Both the position numbers and the translations under genes were made by a program. Shown here one piece after another: positions 13,301-26,999 of a stretch of DNA of 64,000 bases. Below the pieces are notes generated by a model that did no database searches, was not told where the DNA came from, and saw only the letters and a program-made list of their open reading frames with translations. This DNA comes from Eledone cirrhosa (Eukaryota), in NCBI GenBank assembly GCA_964016885.1, contig OZ024745.1:123380001-123444000 (forward strand). Reading direction: 5' to 3'. Positions within the stretch are counted from its first letter, which is position 1; each line of letters begins with the position of its first letter.

Positions 13301-16300
13301 TGTTGTTGGGTACTGTTGGGTGTTGTTGAGTAATGTTGGTTGTTGTTGGGTTCTGTTGGGTGTTGTTGGGTAATGTTGGTTGTTGTTGGGTTCTGTTGGG
13401 TGTTGTTGAGTAATGTTGGTTGTTGTTGGGTACTGTTGGGTGTTGTTGAGTAATGTTGGTTGTTGTTGGGTTCTGTTGGGTGTTGTTGGGTAATGTTGGT
13501 TGTTGTTGGGTACTGTTGGGTGTTGTTGAGTAATGTTGGTTGTTGTTGGGTACTGTTGGGTGTTGTTGAGTAATGTTGGTTGTTGTTGGGTTCTGTTGGG
13601 TGTTGTTGGGTAATGTTGGTTGTTGTTGGGTTCTGTTGGGTGTTGTTGGGTAATGTTGGTTGTTGTTGGGTACTGTTGGGTGTTGTTGAGTAATGTTGGT
13701 TGTTGTTGGGTTCTGTTGGGTGTTGTTGGGTAATGTTGGTTGTTGTTGGGTTCTGTTGGGTGTTGTTGGGTAATGTTGGTTGTTGTTGGGTACTGTTGGG
13801 TGTTGTTGAGTAATGTTGGTTGTTGTTGGGTACTGTTGGGTGTTGTTGAGTAATGTTGGTTGTTGTTGGGTTCTGTTGGGTGTTGTTGGGTAATGTTGGT
13901 TGTTGTTGGGTTCTGTTGGGTGTTGTTGGGTAATGTTGGTTGTTGTTGGGTACTGTTGGGTGTTGTTGAGTAATGTTGGTTGTTGTTGGGTTCTGTTGGG
14001 TGTTGTTGGGTAATGTTGGTTGTTGTTGGGTACTGTTGGGTGTTGTTGAGTAATGTTGGTTGTTGTTGGGTTCTGTTGGGTGTTGTTGGGTAATGTTGGT
14101 TGTTGTTGGGTAATGTTGGTTGTTGTTGGGTACTGTTGGGTGTTGTTGGGTAATGTTGGTTGTTGTTGGGTTCTGTTGGGTGTTGTTGGGTAATGTTGGG
14201 TAATGTTGGGTGTTGTTGGGTACTGTTGGGTGTTGTTGAGTAATGTTGGTTGTTGTTGGGTACTGTTGGGTGTTGTTGGGTAATGTTGGTTGTTGTTGGG
14301 TTCTGTTGGGTGTTGTTGGGTAATGTTGGGTGTTGTTGGGTACTGTTGGGTGTTGTTGAGTAATGTTGGTTGTTGTTGGGTTCTGTTGGGTGTTGTTGGG
14401 TAATGTTGGTTGTTGTTGGGTACTGTTGGGTGTTGTTGAGTAATGTTGGTTGTTGTTGGGTTCTGTTGGTTGTTGTTGGGTAATGTTGGGTAATGTTGGG
14501 TGTTGTTGGGTACTGTTGGGTGTTGTTGAGTAATGTTGGTTGTTGTTGGGTTCTGTTGGGTGTTGTTGGGTAATGTTGGTTGTTGTTGGGTTCTGTTGGG
14601 TGTTGTTGGGTAATGTTGGGTAATGTTGGGTGTTGTTGGGTACTGTTGGGTGTTGTTGAGTAATGTTGGTTGTTGTTGGGTTCTGTTGGGTGTTGTTGGG
14701 TAATGTTGGTTGTTGTTGGGTTCTGTTGGGTGTTGTTGGGTAATGTTGGGTAATGTTGGGTGTTGTTGGGTACTGTTGGGTGTTGTTGAGTAATGTTGGT
14801 TGTTGTTGGGTTCTGTTGGGTGTTGTTGGGTAATGTTGGTTGTTGTTGGGTACTGTTGGGTATTGTTGAGTAATGTTGGTTGTTGTTGGGTTCTGTTGGT
14901 TGTTGTTGGGTAATGTTGGGTAATGTTGGGTGTTGTTGGGTACTGTTGGGTGTTGTTGGGTACTGTTGGGTGTTGTTGAGTAATGTTGGTTGTTGTTGGG
15001 TTCTGTTGGGTGTTGTTGGGTAATGTTGGTTGTTGTTGGGTACTGTTGGGTGTTGTTGAGTAATGTTGGTTGTTGTTGGGTACTGTTGGGTGTTGTTGAG
15101 TAATGTTGGTTGTTGTTGGGTACTGTTGGGTGTTGTTGAGTAATGTTGGTTGTTGTTGGGTTCTGTTGGGTGTTGTTGGGTAATGTTGGTTGTTGTTGGG
15201 TTCTGTTGGGTGTTGTTGAGTAATGTTGGTTGTTGTTGGGTACTGTTGGGTGTTGTTGAGTAATGTTGGTTGTTGTTGGGTTCTGTTGGGTGTTGTTGGG
15301 TAATGTTGGTTGTTGTTGGGTAATGTTGGTTGTTGTTGGGTAATGTTGGTTGTTGTTGGGTACTGTTGGGTGTTGTTGAGTAATGTTGGTTGTTGTTGGG
15401 TTCTGTTGGGTGTTGTTGGGTAATGTTGGTTGTTGTTGGGTACTGTTGGGTGTTGTTGAGTAATGTTGGTTGTTGTTGGGTTCTGTTGGGTGTTGTTGGG
15501 TAATGTTGGTTGTTGTTGGGTACTGTTGGGTGTTGTTGAGTAATGTTGGTTGTTGTTGGGTACTGTTGGGTGTTGTTGAGTAATGTTGGTTGTTGTTGGG
15601 TGTTGTTGGGTAATGTTGGTTGTTGTTGGGTTCTGTTGGGTGTTGTTGGGTAATGTTGGTTGTTGTTGGGTTCTGTTGGGTGTTGTTGAGTAATGTTGGT
15701 TGTTGTTGGGTACTGTTGGGTGTTGTTGAGTAATGTTGGTTGTTGTTGGGTTCTGTTGGGTGTTGTTGGGTAATGTTGGTTGTTGTTGGGTTCTGTTGGG
15801 TGTTGTTGGGTAATGTTGGTTGTTGTTGGGTACTGTTGGGTGTTGTTGAGTAATGTTGGTTGTTGTTGGGTTCTGTTGGGTGTTGTTGGGTAATGTTGGT
15901 TGTTGTTGGGTACTGTTGGGTGTTGTTGAGTAATGTTGGTTGTTGTTGGGTTCTGTTGGGTGTTGTTGGGTAATGTTGGTTGTTGTTGGGTACTGTTGGG
16001 TGTTGTTGAGTAATGTTGGTTGTTGTTGGGTACTGTTGGGTGTTGTTGAGTAATGTTGGTTGTTGTTGGGTTCTGTTGGGTGTTGTTGGGTAATGTTGGT
16101 TGTTGTTGGGTTCTGTTGGGTGTTGTTGGGTAATGTTGGTTGTTGTTGGGTACTGTTGGGTGTTGTTGAGTAATGTTGGTTGTTGTTGGGTTCTGTTGGG
16201 TGTTGTTGGGTAATGTTGGTTGTTGTTGGGTACTGTTGGGTGTTGTTGAGTAATGTTGGTTGTTGTTGGGTTCTGTTGGGTGTTGTTGGGTAATGTTGGT

Positions 16301-17397
16301 TGTTGTTGGGTACTGTTGGGTGTTGTTGAGTAATGTTGGTTGTTGTTGGGTACTGTTGGGTGTTGTTGAGTAATGTTGGTTGTTGTTGGGTTCTGTTGGG
16401 TGTTGTTGGGTAATGTTGGTTGTTGTTGGGTTCTGTTGGGTGTTGTTGGGTAATGTTGGTTGTTGTTGGGTTCTGTTGGGTGTTGTTGGGTAATGTTGGT
16501 TGTTGTTGGGTACTGTTGGGTGTTGTTGAGTAATGTTGGTTGTTGTTGGGTACTGTTGGGTGTTGTTGAGTAATGTTGGTTGTTGTTGGGTTCTGTTGGG
16601 TGTTGTTGGGTAATGTTGGTTGTTGTTGGGTACTGTTGGGTGTTGTTGAGTAATGTTGGTTGTTGTTGGGTACTGTTGGGTGTTGTTGAGTAATGTTGGT
16701 TGTTGTTGGGTTCTGTTGGGTGTTGTTGGGTAATGTTGGTTGTTGTTGGGTTCTGTTGGGTGTTGTTGGGTAATGTTGGTTGTTGTTGGGTACTGTTGGG
16801 TGTTGTTGAGTAATGTTGGTTGTTGTTGGGTACTGTTGAGTGTTGTTGAGTAATGTTGGTTGTTGTTGGGTTCTGTTGGGTGTTGTTGGGTAATGTTGGT
16901 TGTTGTTGGGTTCTGTTGGGTGTTGTTGGGTAATGTTGGTTGTTGTTGGGTACTGTTGGGTGTTGTTGAGTAATGTTGGTTGTTGTTGGGTACTGTTGAG
17001 TGTTGTTGAGTAATGTTGGTTGTTGTTGGGTTCTGTTGGGTGTTGTTGGGTAATGTTGGTTGTTGTTAGGTAATGTTGGGTGTTGTTGGGTAATGTTGGG
17101 TGTTGTTGAGTACTGTTGGGTGTTGTTGGATAATGTTGGGTGTTGTTGAGTAATGTTGGGTGTTGTTGGGTGTTGTTGAGTACTGTTGGGTGTTGTGTTG
17201 TTGAGTACTGATGGGTGTTGTTGGGTGTTGTTGGGTTCTGTTGGGTGTTGTTGGGTACTGTTGGGTGCTGATGGGTGTTGTTGGGTTCTGTTGGGTGTTG
17301 TTGGGTGTTGTTGGGTACTGTTGGGTGTTGTTGAGTACTGTTGGGTGTTGTTGAGTACTGTTGGGTGTTATTGGGTTCTGTTGGGTAATGTTGGGTA
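10341..17397 (+). repeat. ~7-kb 10-bp satellite (consensus TnnTGTTGGG) with a 40-bp higher-order repeat
   Basis: Decamers tgttgttggg, taatgttggg/t, tactgttggg/t, ttctgttggg and tgttgttgag stay in unbroken 10-bp phase from 10341 to 17190, with one 5-bp phase shift near 17191. Confidence 0.98.
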
Positions 17398-17754
17398 AAT
17401 ATCATCTTGGTTAAGAGAGTGGGACTGGCTTTGTGCAGTGCCTTTGCTCACTATAAAAGCTTCACAGCACAGGCATTGCTTTATATCTGGATATCTCTCT
17501 GCACTTGTCATCACATGGTACCATGGGCCCAGCACTATGTGTCAATAATTGTCACAAGTGTAGTGTTTGTACCAGAGTTTTCAAGTCACTGGCTGGACTA
17601 AAAAGTCACACTTGTTCAGCGCATCGGTAGGGGTTCTCCTACATGGATATAAAGTAGTGGCTTTACTCGAAAACGAGTTGGCAGCCACCATATATGTATC
17701 TACATACATATGTAATATGTATATACATACATATGTATATATGTATATATATAT

Positions 17755-18089
17755 GGAAGCACATGGCTTAGTGGTTAAAGCATTGGCCTTGCAATTGAAA
17801 GGTTGTGAGTTCAATTCTCAGACTGGGTGATGTATTATTTCCTTGAGCAAGACACTTTATTTCACATTGCTCCAGTTTACTCAGCTGTAGAAATGAGATG
17901 ATAGGGACTGGGATCCCTATCATTCCACTGCAAAGTGGTCATGGAGGTGCCACGGCCAAAAAAGCACCCAGCACTCAGTGTAAATGAGGTTGGTGTCAGG
18001 AAGGGCATCCAGCTGTAGAAATCAAGCCAGAATCAGTTCCCGTCCCACCCTTGCAAGCAGGGAAAAGCGGACGTAAAAATGATGATGAA

Positions 18090-18090
<1 letters not shown>
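17755..18090 (+). mobile_element. tRNA-derived CORE-type SINE (family S2) with (GAT)n tail
   Basis: A box tggcttagtgg, B box gagttcaattc, CORE-like ccttgagcaagacacttta...cagtttactcagctgtagaaatg, aggaagggcatccagc, then tail gcggacgtaaaaatgatgatg. Confidence 0.85.
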
Positions 18091-18129
<39 letters not shown>

Positions 18130-19411
18130 TAAAAGTGTGTGTTTGTTTGTGCCCATGTTCTTATTTGTGTTGATACTGCTTAATAACCAATGCTATTTGT
18201 TTATGCCTTGTAAACTTAACAGTTTAACCAACAGAAATCAATAAACTAACCACCAGACTTGAAAATAAGAGCCACGATCAAGGAAGTGTGCCAATGTCGC
18301 TTCTGTTCAAATCCTGGTTTGTCTCACTATGCTGAAGACGTTATATAGTGTAAAAGTCTATTTTAAGCCTGGAGGCTCAATGGTATAGTGTTTTCCCTGG
18401 AGTTAAGTGGCTGAGTGTACAAGACACGCCTCTGGACATTATGCCAGTCCATCACAGTTAAACTGCTGCTGCTGCTACTACTACTACTACTGCTGCTACT
18501 ACTACTACTACCTTTCAGCTAAGTATATTGGAGCAACATAAAATGAAGTATTTTGATCAAAAAGACAATGCACTAACTGGTCCAAGAATTGAACTCAGCA
18601 TTATGATCACAAGTCCAACACTCTAACCACTACATCATGTACCTTCACAAGGCATCACATAAGCTTGTATTAATTTACACCTATAGTTTCTCAAAGGACA
18701 TTACTGTTTGCCTTCTGACCTTTCTTAGAGTCTTTCTTTAATCAGGAAAAAGAAACAAAATTCCTAGCCAGCTGCTAAGTTAATATTATGTTGCTATCGA
18801 TTGGTGCTTGGTCATAATTATTTGAGACATGCAAACGTCTGTGTGATTTAATGTTTTCAAATTAACTTCTTTTTATTTCTCATTTCTGGATATTAGCTGC
18901 AACTCCTACATCAGATAGCGTGCAATTGAAAAAAAAAAATTTGCTTTCATAATTAAAAAGAAAAAGAAAATGAAAAGCCAAAATTAATCTACTAGCATAG
19001 AGATCCTTAATTTTGTTGAGAGTTTTTGTGTTCTGGTTCAGTCCATTATTTCCTATCTATTTAGAAATAGTATGAAACCTGAATGTGGAAATGATACCCA
19101 CCTTTTTATGATGGTTTTTATTTTACTCGAAATTATGACAATGTTGAGTTGAGGTGAGTATGAATAGTAATCTTTTTAACTTTAACCCTTTAGCATTTAA
19201 ACTGGCCATATCTGGCCAGAATTCTCTCACCTCTTTCTGTTTAAACAGGCTGTAACTGGCCGTTCATACTGATGTTAAGGTATTATTATCAAAATTCTTT
19301 TGAGATCTACAAGTACCAAAGAAAAGAGGTCAATATAATCAACTTAATTTCTTAAAGGTGATGGCCTAATTTGACCAGCATCTAATAATTAACACTAGTA
19401 AAATAATAGTA

Positions 19412-19580
19412 TTACTCTTTTACCTGCTCCAGCCATCTGGCTGAGGCCGTGGTAGGGCACCGCCCTTTAAAAAAGTATAGCAGGGTTCCTTTTAAAGATA
19501 GTTACTGATCAAGATTGAACCCCGACCACCAACTCTAACGATTACCATTACCAGACAGCTTACCACTAAGCCACCGAGAC
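19412..19580 (-). mobile_element. Degraded tRNA-derived SINE of another family
   Basis: Minus strand has ggtggcttagtgg (A box), ggttcaatc (B box) and a gtaaaagagtaa tail. Confidence 0.5.
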
Positions 19581-19739
19581 AGTTCTAACGCATACTATAT
19601 TTAGGCTCTTTGCTTTGTTCTATAGACGTATCCTGGCAAGGCTAGTCTACTCATTGTAACCAGTAAAAGAGCCATATTGCAAAAATATTTTTTTAACTTC
19701 TGAATTCTACTTATTTTATTTAATCTTTTCCCTGTTCGT

Positions 19740-19940
19740 TTAACCCTTAAGCATTTAAACCAACCGTATCTGGCCAGAATTCTCTCACCTCTTTCTGTTC
19801 AAACTGGCTGTAACTGGCCACTCATACTGATGTTAAGGTATTGTTCTCAAAATAAATAACATCAAAATCTTATAGATTCCATATTATTTAAGGTAAAGCC
19901 ATTACTGTGAAAATATAATAGTATATATAATGTAATGTTA
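19740..19940 (+). mobile_element. M1 piggyBac-type MITE
   Basis: ttaaccctt start and M1 body; another partial copy at ~19182-19295. Confidence 0.75.
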
Positions 19941-20017
19941 GTAACTATAATGATTTTTAATTTAGGTCAATGGTCAAATATTTTTGGGAAGAGAAATGAT
20001 GATCATTATCATTGTTT

Positions 20018-20945
20018 TCATGAGAGCATAATAGCTAGAATAAGGATAGGATGAAAAAAGTTCAGAGACCTAGTCTTGTTGTTGACCACAAAAGGTTTCT
20101 CTATATGTACAAAAGGATGACTGTATGACACCTGTGTGCAAAGTGCAATGCTGCATGGTAATAAAACATGGCTTGTGACTGTGGAGGATGTGTGTGTAGG
20201 CTGGAGAGAAATTAAGCAACCATGCTCTATTGGATGTACAAGATAAGTGTCTGAGAGAGGCACAGCTTGGTCATGTTGAAAGAGAAGTTGGGTTTAAAAG
20301 GAATTTGAGGTAGTGTTCAACAGAGAAGACAGTGTTGGTTTGGACATATGGTGCGCATAGGCAATGATCGTTGGACGAATAAGTGCCAGGTAATACCAGT
20401 GGAGGGATGCTGCAGTAGAGGTAGACCTACTGCCTACCACTCCTGTGAGCAAGCTAGCCATACAGATTTCATATGTACAGGAAATGAGATGTGCTAAGGC
20501 TGGAAAGATTTGGGCTAAATATGCTCTGCTGGATGTGTAATGTTAGTGTGCATAAATGGCACAAGACAAAGGGGCTCGAGAAAAAATTGGGTAAAGAGGG
20601 ATCAGACATAGTGTGTAAGAAAGAAGACTGAATTGGTGCAGGCATAATGAGATGACAGTTGAGGAGATAAGTGTCAAGCAATCAGGGTGTCAAGAATTCG
20701 TGGAAGAAGATGATCAAGAAGATATGGAGAAGTGAATGAAAGTTGATCTTCAGTGGCTGAACCTCAAGGGGATGACAAGGATTGCATCAAGTGGTGAGAC
20801 GTCTTGCTGAAAAGACCTGTCCAACTCATGCAAGTATAGATAATTGATATGGCCATACATCTTACAGTTTGTCACAAGTGGGACAACTCCCGTCTAACCC
20901 ATGCTGGCGTGGAAAATGGACGTTAAACGAAGATGATGATGATGA
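20018..20945 (+). mobile_element. Degraded RTE-clade LINE 3' region
   Basis: Interrupted frame KKFRDLVLLLTTKGFSLCTKG*LYDTCVQSAMLHGNKTW, later WFGHMVR; ends in aacccatgctggcgtggaaaatggacgttaaacg(atg)n. Confidence 0.7.
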
Positions 20946-21929
20946 TACACACACATGCATATTTACACACACACATTCACTCACTGACTGTTGAGTGTGT
21001 TTTGGTTCATTTAACAGTCATCACCACCTTTATACTTGCCTATGTTATTTGCAATACCTCTAGCTATATATTTCTCTGTTGTACACTAATAGATTGCAAG
21101 TTTCTATCTCCACCCCTGGTTCCAACTTCCAGCTGTGACTGCACTTGCATTATTAAAAAAAAGGAAAAAAAAAAAGCCGAGCCCATTCTGGCTGCACTTA
21201 AATTTTCCAGTGTTTTCACTAATGTTATGACAAAATGATTTCTACTCTTATTCTACGCATTCTCTTTCTTTGTCTCTCCTCCCACCGTTCCTCCCTCCCA
21301 CCACTATAATTAATCCTCTTCAAGAGTTTCATCTGATTCCCATAATTTCTAATATTCTTTCAGAAATTACCACCAGGAATTGGATTACTGATGCTGTTAA
21401 CATGTGAAATTATTCTAATCCGACTGAAATATCTGTTTTGTGAATTTGATTCTTTCAAATGAATGTTTTTTTTTCTTCTCTTTTTACTCATAATAGGATT
21501 AATTGCTATCTTCACCCCCCCCCTCCACCAATACTACCACAACAACAACAACACTACATTACTACTGTTTTCCATATCATTAACTACAAACCATATCCTT
21601 TCTTTTGCTCTATTTCAATACTAATATGTCAAAGAAACTTGCTTATATAAAAATATATACAGTTTGTTTTCAGTCTGTGGTTAAGGAATTCACTTTGAAA
21701 ATCTCATGGTTCCAGGTTCGGTCTCTCTATAAGGACATCTCTACCATGTATTTTCTATCATAGCCTGGAGGCTTCTAAATCCTTGTGATTAAATTTGATA
21801 AATGGGAAACCATGGAAGTTCATTGAATGTGTGTGTATTTTTTTTTTTGTGGAGCGAGAGACCCCCAGTCTTCATTAAGACATCTCTCTAGTAAGTCACT
21901 CTTTTATAAAACCTGCAACTTCATTTGCA

Positions 21930-22175
21930 TCCATCATCAACATCAGGTGGAGCTTGCTCGGCTTTCTACGACACGTTTCCTCCATCCATCTCTGTCTCTC
22001 ATAGCGTTTACCAATTCTTCCGCAGTGCATCCAGTATCGTCCTCAAGTTGCTTGATGTATGTCTTCTTGGGACGACCAGCATTTCTTGCTCCATGAGATG
22101 GACTCCATAACAACACATCACCTGCTATTTCTTCCTTGCTGCGCCAACAGTGGCCAGCAAATCTGAGTCTCTTTT
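21930..22175 (-). mobile_element. RTE-clade LINE 3' fragment
   Basis: RLRFAGHCWRSKEEIAGDVLLWSPSHGARNAGRPKKTYIKQLEDDTG...AMRDRDGWR* followed by a (tga)n tail. Confidence 0.8.
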
Positions 22176-23304
22176 GGGGGTAAATGCATTTGATGTTCAG
22201 AGAGTGGAATTGGCTCTGTGCATAGACTTTCCTCACTTAAAAAAGCTTCAAGCACAGGCATCGATTGATATGTGGCATTTTTTGCGGTGCATGGCATTGC
22301 TGGCCATAGGCAAGACCCTAGCTGGACTAAAAAGCCACATCTGTGATGCTCATACTTAAGTATCAAGTGATGGTATTACTTGAAAAGTTGCAGCCATCAT
22401 GCATCATCATCATGCATCATCATCATCATGCGTCCGCTTTTCCCTGCTTGCAGGAGTTGGACGAGTCCTATTCAGCACAGCATCTCTCCACTTGTCACAG
22501 TCCTTGTATGTATGTGTGTGTGTGTGTATATATATACAAACTCATGCAAGTGTGTGTATGCATATGTCATCATCATTATCACTATTTTACATCTGCTTTT
22601 CCTTTTTTGCATATACATAAAATTACACACACACTCTCCCTCTCTCTCCCCCTATCTCTCTCTCTCTCCCTCTCTATCTCTCTCTCCTCCCCTCTCTCTA
22701 CCTTCCTCCCCCTCTCTCTGCACCCCCTCTCTCTGCACCCCCTCTCTCTACCTTCCTCCCCCTCTCTCTGCCCCCCCCCTCTCTCTCTGACTGACTGGAG
22801 AATACAATTGCGAATGCAAGCAACCGAAATGGAGGTTTCTCTGAAGGTTTTTTTTTGAGTAATGTTATTTGAGAGAGTGTGTAGAGCTGCTACTTCTTCT
22901 AATTGAGAGACCACAGCTCTGATACTATGGACATGTGGTTAGAATGTCTCAGGAAAGAATTGCTGGACAATATGCGTTAGCATGTTGAAAAAAATCCTAG
23001 TAAAATCAAAATCTTGTAGAATCGATATTATGTGAGGTAAAGCATTCACCGTGAAAATAAAGTAGTAAATTTGGAGTAATGTAAATGTCAGTTCTTGTGT
23101 GATTTGAATTCAGTATGTGGTCATTGCCTCCCTAAAAACTTTCCCTCAATTTTACATAACAGCTTAATTGCAAGAAAGTTAATTATATTACTAAATCTAC
23201 CTAAATTCTTGATTATATTCCAAATTATTTGAAAGCCACAGACTGTCTTCTTTCAAAAGAGTTACAGAAAATATTTGACTCAGTGAAGCCTGAAAATTAC
23301 TTTT

Positions 23305-23621
23305 TAACCTCTTCAGTTCCGTAGACGAGATCACTCTTCCTAACATGTATGCATTCCAGTGCCATGGATGAGATAACTCATCCTAACGTTTGAACTCTTT
23401 TCCAACAGTTCAAACTTCAAAGTTATCAAATCGCTTCCAATAGTAGTTCATAACTTCAAAGCTAGATGGAGTTACTAGATTATTGATGTGACATTTGTCA
23501 ATCATTCAGATATGTGTTGTTAATAGATGTTTGTTTAAAATAAAATAGTCATTTTACTGAAAAAAAAACCTGGCACAGCAACTGTAGCTGTGTAAAATAT
23601 ATGCGGCAGTCAACAGGTTAA
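23305..23621. mobile_element. piggyBac-type MITE (family M2)
   Basis: ttaa-cctcttcag ... ggcagtcaacagg-ttaa; homologous to 41706-41966. Confidence 0.7.
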
Positions 23622-23895
23622 TGTTTTAAATGCCTGCTTTCCTATGACTTACAAGATTGGGAAATATTAAGAGTGGCATTGTTGATATCTTGTTGAGAAA
23701 CTCTGATGCCAAAAGCTGTTGTTTTATGAAGCATAACATTAGATGTGTTAAATCGCTGTGTTGTTCAAATCATTTAAATGTGAAGAGAAATTTGTTTGAA
23801 ATATTAATTTCCAAATCCACGCTATGTCAGATAATTCTTGACAAGAAAATTTTTCATTTGTCCTAAACAAATTCCCCTTACTGACTATAAATTGT

Positions 23896-24115
23896 TTAAC
23901 CCTTTAGCATTTACATTACACTACTATTATATTTTCATGGTAAAAGCTTTATCTCGTTATATGGAATCTACAAGATTTTGATGATGTTATTTTTTATTTT
24001 GAGAACAATACCTTAATGTCAGTATGAGTGGCTAGTTATAGTTATTGCTGGTTTGAACAGAAAGGGGTGACAGAATTCTGGCTGGATACAGCTGGTTTAA
24101 ATGCTAAAGGGTTAA
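23896..24115 (-). mobile_element. M1 piggyBac-type MITE
   Basis: Perfect TTAA-CCCTTTAGCATTTA ... TAAATGCTAAAGGG-TTAA termini. Confidence 0.9.
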
Positions 24116-24389
24116 GGACAGAAACTCAATTCAGACAATGGACATTGTTATACATTAGTCATGTATACAACCATATCACCTTGCTCAGTACATTCTAAAA
24201 TATTCTTTTATCTCAAATCACTCACAGATATATAATTAACTACTACCTTTGATACTGTTCTAATTGCATCTTCAAATTCTTTAAGGCCAGTTTTTGCATA
24301 TAAAGCTTCATTATCCATATCATCATCATCTAACGTCCATTTTCCCTGCCAGCAAGGGTTGTATGGGTTATCATAGACCGGGTCAGTAT

Positions 24390-24591
24390 TTAACACTTTA
24401 ACATTTACATTATTCTATAATTATGTGAGATAAAGGCTTTACTTCACATAATATAAAATCTGAGATTTTGATGTTATTTATTTTGAGAACAATAACTTAA
24501 CATCAGTGAGTGGCCAGTTACAGCCGGTTTGAACAGAAAAAGGTGAGAGAATTTTGACTGGATATGACCAGTTTAAATGCTAAAGGGTTAA
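24390..24591 (-). mobile_element. M1 piggyBac-type MITE
   Basis: M1 body ending aatgctaaagggttaa. Confidence 0.8.
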
Positions 24592-25174
24592 TCAATGCTA
24601 CTGACTTTGCAGATGGGCTGGTTGGGGTGATGATGCTGGGGCATGTTCTTTGTATACGTTCCTACATGATACGGAGTGTACTAGGTGCATTTTACTGTGA
24701 CACCAACACTAGGAGGGCTTTCATGACTTCAACATAACTGAAGACTCTTCTCAACCATTTGTTTTCTATAGCTGGATCCTCTTCCTATCACCAACCACTT
24801 TACAGAGTGTACTAGGTGTGCTTTATAGTGGCACCAGTACTAGAAAGTTTATGCCATTTACACAATTATAGTGTATTGAGGGCACTTTTCCATTCACGAT
24901 ATAAAGATTATCATGTAATGACTGAAGAGTCCTCTGTAATTTTTTTAGCATGGTTTCTACAACTGAAAGGTGTTCCTAACATCAACCACTTTACAGTTTG
25001 TACTGACTGTGTTTTATCATGGTATTTGTACAGTGAAAAGTCTACCTGTAGATGTGCTGAAAAAACAAATTAACAAAACCTCTTCTATATCAGTCATGCT
25101 GGGTACTCTATCGTTTGTCACATAGACTGCTTTTGAAAGGTCAGTGTGTTGATTAGATAATTCATTTAATAATG

Positions 25175-25388
25175 ATTTTTACTATAGGCACGAGGCCAGA
25201 CATTTGTGGAGAGAGGAAAGTCGATTAAATCGACCCAAGTGTATTGCTGGTACTTTATTTTATTGACCTCGTAAGGATGGAAGGCAACGCTAACCTAGGC
25301 AGGATTTGAACTTATAACGTAAAGAGCCATATCTCTATGCTGCAAAGCATAGTGTCTGGCATTCTACCGATTCTGCCAATCCACTGGC
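25175..25388 (-). mobile_element. S1 SINE
   Basis: Family homology, with A and B boxes on the minus strand. Confidence 0.75.
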
Positions 25389-25394
25389 CTTCAT

Positions 25395-25605
25395 TTAACC
25401 CTTTAGCATTTAAACCAGCCATATCCGGTCAGAATTCTCTCACTTTTTTATGTTCAAACCGGCTGTAACTGGCCTCTCATACTTATGTGAAAGTATTGTT
25501 CTCAAAATGAATAATATCAAAATCTCATAGATTCAATATTTTGTGAGATAAAGCCTTTACTACAAAAATTCAGTAGTATATATAATGTAAATGCTAAAGG
25601 GTTAA
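25395..25605 (+). mobile_element. M1 piggyBac-type MITE
   Basis: Perfect 14-bp TIRs with TTAA TSD. Confidence 0.9.
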
Positions 25606-25829
25606 TAATAATAATCATCACTGTTTAAGATTTATTTTCCATGCTTGCAAAGGTTAGATGGGTGGCCACATTGTGAGGCTGGACAAGTCAGGTGACCATG
25701 TCTTGCTCATATGAGCCAATCTTGTCTTGGATTCCTACAACTGGATGCCCTTTCTAATGCCAACCCTATTATAGTGTGTACTGGGAGTTATTTTCATTGC
25801 ACTAGCACTACCATCTTACAGCGTGAACT

Positions 25830-25992
25830 TGGTGCCTTTTTGTCATGGCACCATCACCATAATCTCACAGGGTGGACGGTGCTTTTTGTCATGGCACCAT
25901 TACGATAATCTCACAGGGTGGATGGTGCTTTTTGTCATGGCACCATTACGATAATCTCACAGGGTGGACGGTGCTTTTTGTCATGGCACCAT
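25830..25992. repeat. 46-bp tandem repeat (~3.5 copies) inside a (GAT)-tailed retroelement
   Basis: Unit ggtgctttttgtcatggcaccattacgataatctcacagggtggac. Confidence 0.85.
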
Positions 25993-26999
25993 CAATGTGG
26001 GAGCCCTACATATTTCATCCTCTGTAGCATACTCAGGTATACATTTTTAAGTTGAAGTATTCTTTGCATAGTTCATGACCTTAATGAAATCTGAGCAATA
26101 ATGGTTTGCTTAGCAAGTGGTGTACCACCTGTGCTCTCATCTGATAGTTTGAATCAGCTATTGTGTACCTGCTAGGTTGAACAAGTTTCCAACATTTAGA
26201 ATGTGTGAAATGTCACAATATCTGTCTTACACAACCCTGTCAGAAAAGCAAGATTTGGAACCTTTTCTTCCAACTTTAGATATATAAAATATTTTCAGAA
26301 TTATTCATATTTTTCCAATTGCTAATACTATCTATCGGTCGCAACTCCAGGTAGAAGGTGCAACGTGAAATAAAGTGTCTTGCTCAAGGACACAACGCAT
26401 CGCCCGGTCTAGGAAACAAACTGACAACTTCACGATTGCGAATCCAGTTCTCTAACCAATCAGCCACACGCCTTCTGATATGTTTGTTTTCATTTTCGAT
26501 ATTCTATTCATATTATGGCACCTAAACATGGTCAGATATGTCGCTAATAGATTTTCAACTCACTCGGTTTTCCACCTCTCACCACCCAAGGCCAAACCTT
26601 TCATGCTCTACTATCCTCTATGCCCAAACCTTCCTGTTCAGAATGTTGGTAATTTGAAACTCATTGCTCACGTCTTTTCCATAGTGGTGAATCTCTAACA
26701 ATTTAAACATAACATCAACAGCATCAATCTTTTTTTCTCTTTGAATGGCTGTGAAGGTAGTGGGCCTTGTCCCTTGCTCCAGATCTAGACCTACCAAGTG
26801 AAAGAAATTAAACAAACAGGAACCGGTATTTTGTTAGCTGTTCTGATATGTTTGTTTTCATCTTTGATATTCTATTTTCTGTGTGGCATATTGGAAGAAT
26901 CATTAGAATGTCAGATAGAGTGCTTTGTGGTATTGGTTCCAGCCCTTTCTGCAGAGGCCAATTGTTTCTTTCATACTTTTGAGGGCAATGAAAAAAGTA

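Noticed and set aside
10341-17397. True telomere or interstitial telomeric repeat
   Set aside because: The unit is a decamer rather than TTAGGG, and ordinary sequence lies on both sides.
12210-17405. 1731-aa T/Q/N/P-rich ORF resembling a mucin or structural protein
   Set aside because: The C/A-rich satellite strand almost cannot form stop codons. The unit is 10 bp, not a multiple of 3, and the ORF ends mid-array at a ggc-tact variant. There is no signal peptide or unique domain. It would need RNA or peptide evidence.
17755-17830. tRNA gene
   Set aside because: A and B boxes are present, but the sequence runs into a SINE core and occurs in several diverged copies; it is a SINE head.
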